Shown piece by piece: positions 61,348-64,000 of a stretch of DNA of 64,000 nucleotides. Every line of letters begins with the position of its first letter. The stretch's first letter is position 1. The notes under the pieces are model-generated. The model was not told the DNA's origin. It was given only the letters and a program-made list of their open reading frames with translations, and made no database searches. Made by a program: the position numbers and the translations under genes. Source of the DNA: Candidatus Binatia bacterium (GTDB lineage Bacteria > Desulfobacterota > Binatia > UBA9968 > CAXXLF01); contig CAXXLF010000001.1 in assembly GCA_963664015.2 (NCBI GenBank), forward strand, positions 480,001 through 544,000. Reading direction: 5' to 3'.

Positions 61348-62112
61348 TCATGGAAAAGCGCTCTGGACGGCCAGTTCCCTCTTCCTCAAATAGATAAAAA
61401 ACTCCTTATTGCCCTTGGGCCCCAGAAGCTGTGATTCGACGACTCCAACCACGTCCAGCCCCGATCCCTGGGCTATATTCCGAATCTCGTCAATGACCCT
61501 TTGGTGCTCCGCAGAGGAACGGACAACTCCCCCCTTACCGACTTTTCCCTTCCCCACCTCGAACTGAGGCTTAATTAGGGCCAGAATCTCCCCTGTCGCC
61601 ACAAGGAGCCTCCTTACTTGTGCCAATACCAAACGGAGCGAGATAAAGGAGACATCCACCACCGCTAGCTCCAGACTCTCACCCAGTTCCTCCGGTTCCA
61701 AGTAACGAATGTTTTTTCTCTCCATGACGAAGACTCGCGGATCCTGCCTGAGCCGCCAGTCCAATTGCCCATATCCGACGTCCACAGCGACCACCCAGTC
61801 GGCCCCTCGCGTAAGCAAGCAATCGGTAAACCCGCCAGTTGATGCACCAACGTCCAGGGCCTTCTTTGCCCTGACGTCAATACCAAAGTAATCCAGGGCA
61901 CCTTCGAGTTTCACGCCCCCCCGACTCACGTAGAGACTGGATTTGCTCTGTAAGCGAATGGGAGCACCGGCTTCCACCAGTGCTCCGGCCTTGGTAACTA
62001 ATTGATCCTTGACCAAGACCTCTCCCGCCAGAATAATCCGGCGCCCCTGCTCACGGCCTTCCACCAATCCGCGCTTGACCAGAAGCAGATCTAAGCGCTC
62101 CCTCTTTCCCAT
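61348..62112 (-). CDS. tlyA: TlyA-family rRNA 2'-O-methyltransferase
   Basis: RLDLLLV, YVSRGG.KL, DVGASTGGFTD, DVSFIS, KPQFE, GN.EF. Confidence 0.94.
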   Translation of the reverse strand: MGKRERLDLLLVKRGLVEGREQGRRIILAGEVLVKDQLVTKAGALVEAGAPIRLQSKSSLYVSRGGVKLEGALDYFGIDVRAKKALDVGASTGGFTDCLLTRGADWVVAVDVGYGQLDWRLRQDPRVFVMERKNIRYLEPEELGESLELAVVDVSFISLRLVLAQVRRLLVATGEILALIKPQFEVGKGKVGKGGVVRSSAEHQRVIDEIRNIAQGSGLDVVGVVESQLLGPKGNKEFFIYLRKRELAVQSAFP

Positions 62113-64000
62113 CCCTCCTTCTTGCCCTTCTTTTCCCGTCGGACCATCTGAAGCGCTGTTTGCGAAATGGTGTCCTTATCAAATCCACACATCGTGGCAA
62201 GTTCAGCCTGAGTTCCGTGGGGGATAAATCGATCGGGGATCCCCAGACACTTTACCTGGACACCGCTGACCCCCTCTTCCGCCATAAATTCCAAGAAGGC
62301 ACTACCAAATCCGCCCTGCACGACATGGTCCTCCACCGTAATCACATTGGCAACCTGGCCCAGCAGTTTCAAATACAACGCCCGGTCCAAAGGCTTTACA
62401 AAACGCGCATTCACCACAGCAACCTCGATGCCCAGCAGGGAGAGGTCTTGAGCCGCTCTTAGTGCGGAGATCACCGTATTGCCGATCCCTACAACAAGCA
62501 GGTCCTTTCCCTCCCGCAAGAGTTCACCCTTTCCTATTTCCAGGCAGCGAAGCTCGCTGTCCATCTCAACCCCCCAGGCCTCACCGCGAGGATAACGGAG
62601 GGAAATTGGCCCATCGTGGTCCAGTGCGGTCTTGAGCATGTGCTGCAGCTCATTCTCGTCCTTCGGCGCCATGATCGTCATATTAGGGATCGACCGCATG
62701 TAGGCAAAGTCGAAAACTCCGTGATGGGTCGGGCCGTCGGCCCCCACCAACCCACTACGGTCCAATGCGAAAACCACATGCAAGTTCTGGAGACACACGT
62801 CGTGAAGAATCTGGTCGTATGCCCGCTGCAGGAACGTGGAGTAGATGGTAACAACGGGAATCAATCCTTCCGTTGCCAATCCAGCCGCAAACGTGACCGC
62901 ATGCTGCTCTGCGATGCCAACGTCATAGGAACGACCGGGGATTTCTTGGGACAGTTTATCGATTCCCGTACCGCTTCCCATGGCTGCGGTAATCCCAAAG
63001 ACGTTGGGATTTTCCTTTCCTAGTCGGATCAGGGCTTGCGCAAAGACGTCCGTAAAGGTCGGCACAGGCCCCTTTGCTTTTTTAGGCTTACCCGTCAGGA
63101 CGTGAAAAGGAGGCACACTGTGGTAGCGGACCGGATCCCTCTCCGCAAATTCATAGCCCTTCCCTTTTTTTGTAATGACATGAACCAGAGTTGGCCGATC
63201 TATCTTCTTGACGTTCTCCAGCGTATCGATCATCTCCTGCATGTTATAACCGTCGATGGGACCCACATACTGAAAGCCCATGGCTTCGAACAAGAATCCG
63301 GGCGTGACCAGGCTGATGAACGCGTCCTTGACCTTGTGGGCCACGTTGTAGAGATTCTCCCCTACCATGGGTAATGTGCGCACGATGTTAACCAGATTCT
63401 TTTGCAACTTTACCGCCAAATCCGTAACCAACTGTTTACTCAGAAATGAAGATAGGGCTCCCACTCGCGGATCAATGAAAAACGAATTGTCATTGAGAAC
63501 GACGATCAGATCCTTGTTTAGATGGCCCGCCTGGTTAAGCCCTTCGAAGGTAAGGCCTGCGCTCAGACAGCCGTCACTGATAACGGCCACGACTTTACGC
63601 GTCGAATGCAGGTATCTCTTTGCCTCCACCATGCCCAGCGCCGCCGACACCGAGGTCCCCGCATGACCGGCCCCAAAAACATCGTACTCGCTCTCGTCGC
63701 GGCTCAAGAAACCACTAAGGCCGTCCAACTGGCGGATGGTTGCAAGCTTCTCTCTCCTGCCACAGATCAGCTTGTGGGCGTAGGCCTGATGCCCTGTATC
63801 CCATACGATCCGATCATCCGGTGTGTTAAAGACATACTGCAGAGCCAATGTCAGCTCTACGGCACCCAGAGTCGATGCTAGATGTCCGCCCACTTCCGAG
63901 ACTACGGAGATCACCTCCTCACGCACCTCCCCAGCGAGGACCTCAAGATCTTTGGTTCTTAGAGTCCGGAGATCGGCCGGGAAATGGATTCCGTCTAAAA
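62091..64000 (-). CDS. dxs: 1-deoxy-D-xylulose-5-phosphate synthase (5'-partial)
   Basis: GGHL, WDTGHQAYAHK, GHAGTS, LNDN, GIAEQH, GADGPTH, RYPRG; the frame runs off the window edge. Confidence 0.96.
   Translation of the reverse strand, partial: LDGIHFPADLRTLRTKDLEVLAGEVREEVISVVSEVGGHLASTLGAVELTLALQYVFNTPDDRIVWDTGHQAYAHKLICGRREKLATIRQLDGLSGFLSRDESEYDVFGAGHAGTSVSAALGMVEAKRYLHSTRKVVAVISDGCLSAGLTFEGLNQAGHLNKDLIVVLNDNSFFIDPRVGALSSFLSKQLVTDLAVKLQKNLVNIVRTLPMVGENLYNVAHKVKDAFISLVTPGFLFEAMGFQYVGPIDGYNMQEMIDTLENVKKIDRPTLVHVITKKGKGYEFAERDPVRYHSVPPFHVLTGKPKKAKGPVPTFTDVFAQALIRLGKENPNVFGITAAMGSGTGIDKLSQEIPGRSYDVGIAEQHAVTFAAGLATEGLIPVVTIYSTFLQRAYDQILHDVCLQNLHVVFALDRSGLVGADGPTHHGVFDFAYMRSIPNMTIMAPKDENELQHMLKTALDHDGPISLRYPRGEAWGVEMDSELRCLEIGKGELLREGKDLLVVGIGNTVISALRAAQDLSLLGIEVAVVNARFVKPLDRALYLKLLGQVANVITVEDHVVQGGFGSAFLEFMAEEGVSGVQVKCLGIPDRFIPHGTQAELATMCGFDKDTISQTALQMVRREKKGKKEGWERGSA

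Overview
Core-chromosome segment of a Gram-negative, deltaproteobacterium-like organism. The gene order and the bi-cupin/VOC paralogues suggest Ca. Binatia (Desulfobacterota_B), but this is inference. In order, the window holds: a bactofilin and M23 peptidase; hflKC; an Opu/EgtU-type ABC importer divergent from a small-molecule methyltransferase; a B12 uptake operon (tonB-btuB-btuF-btuC-btuD-cobQ pseudogene) with two cobalamin riboswitches that share an unusual repeat-built hairpin; purine/nucleoside salvage genes (ade, NrtR-like Nudix, HAD nucleotidase, CNT transporter with a structured leader); three SDRs; a SAM-I-riboswitch-controlled moeB/thrC-like/sulfur-carrier/cysM operon; tatA; tonB; folD-gcvTHPAPB; ald; an uncharacterised two-gene exported TPR module; VOC, cupin, ECH and ALDH genes; tRNA-Ile2; and dxs-tlyA-rpsU-cvpA-dnaG-rpoD. 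No CRISPR array, prophage or intact transposase was seen. The best leads are the SAM-regulated sulfur-carrier pathway, two unannotated structured RNAs (22.8 kb and 53.1 kb), the riboswitch insertion, the TPR lipoprotein pair, nested intergenic repeat elements, and recurring leaderless-type promoters. Several single-base frameshifts may be assembly errors. All structures were paired by eye and no database searches were run.
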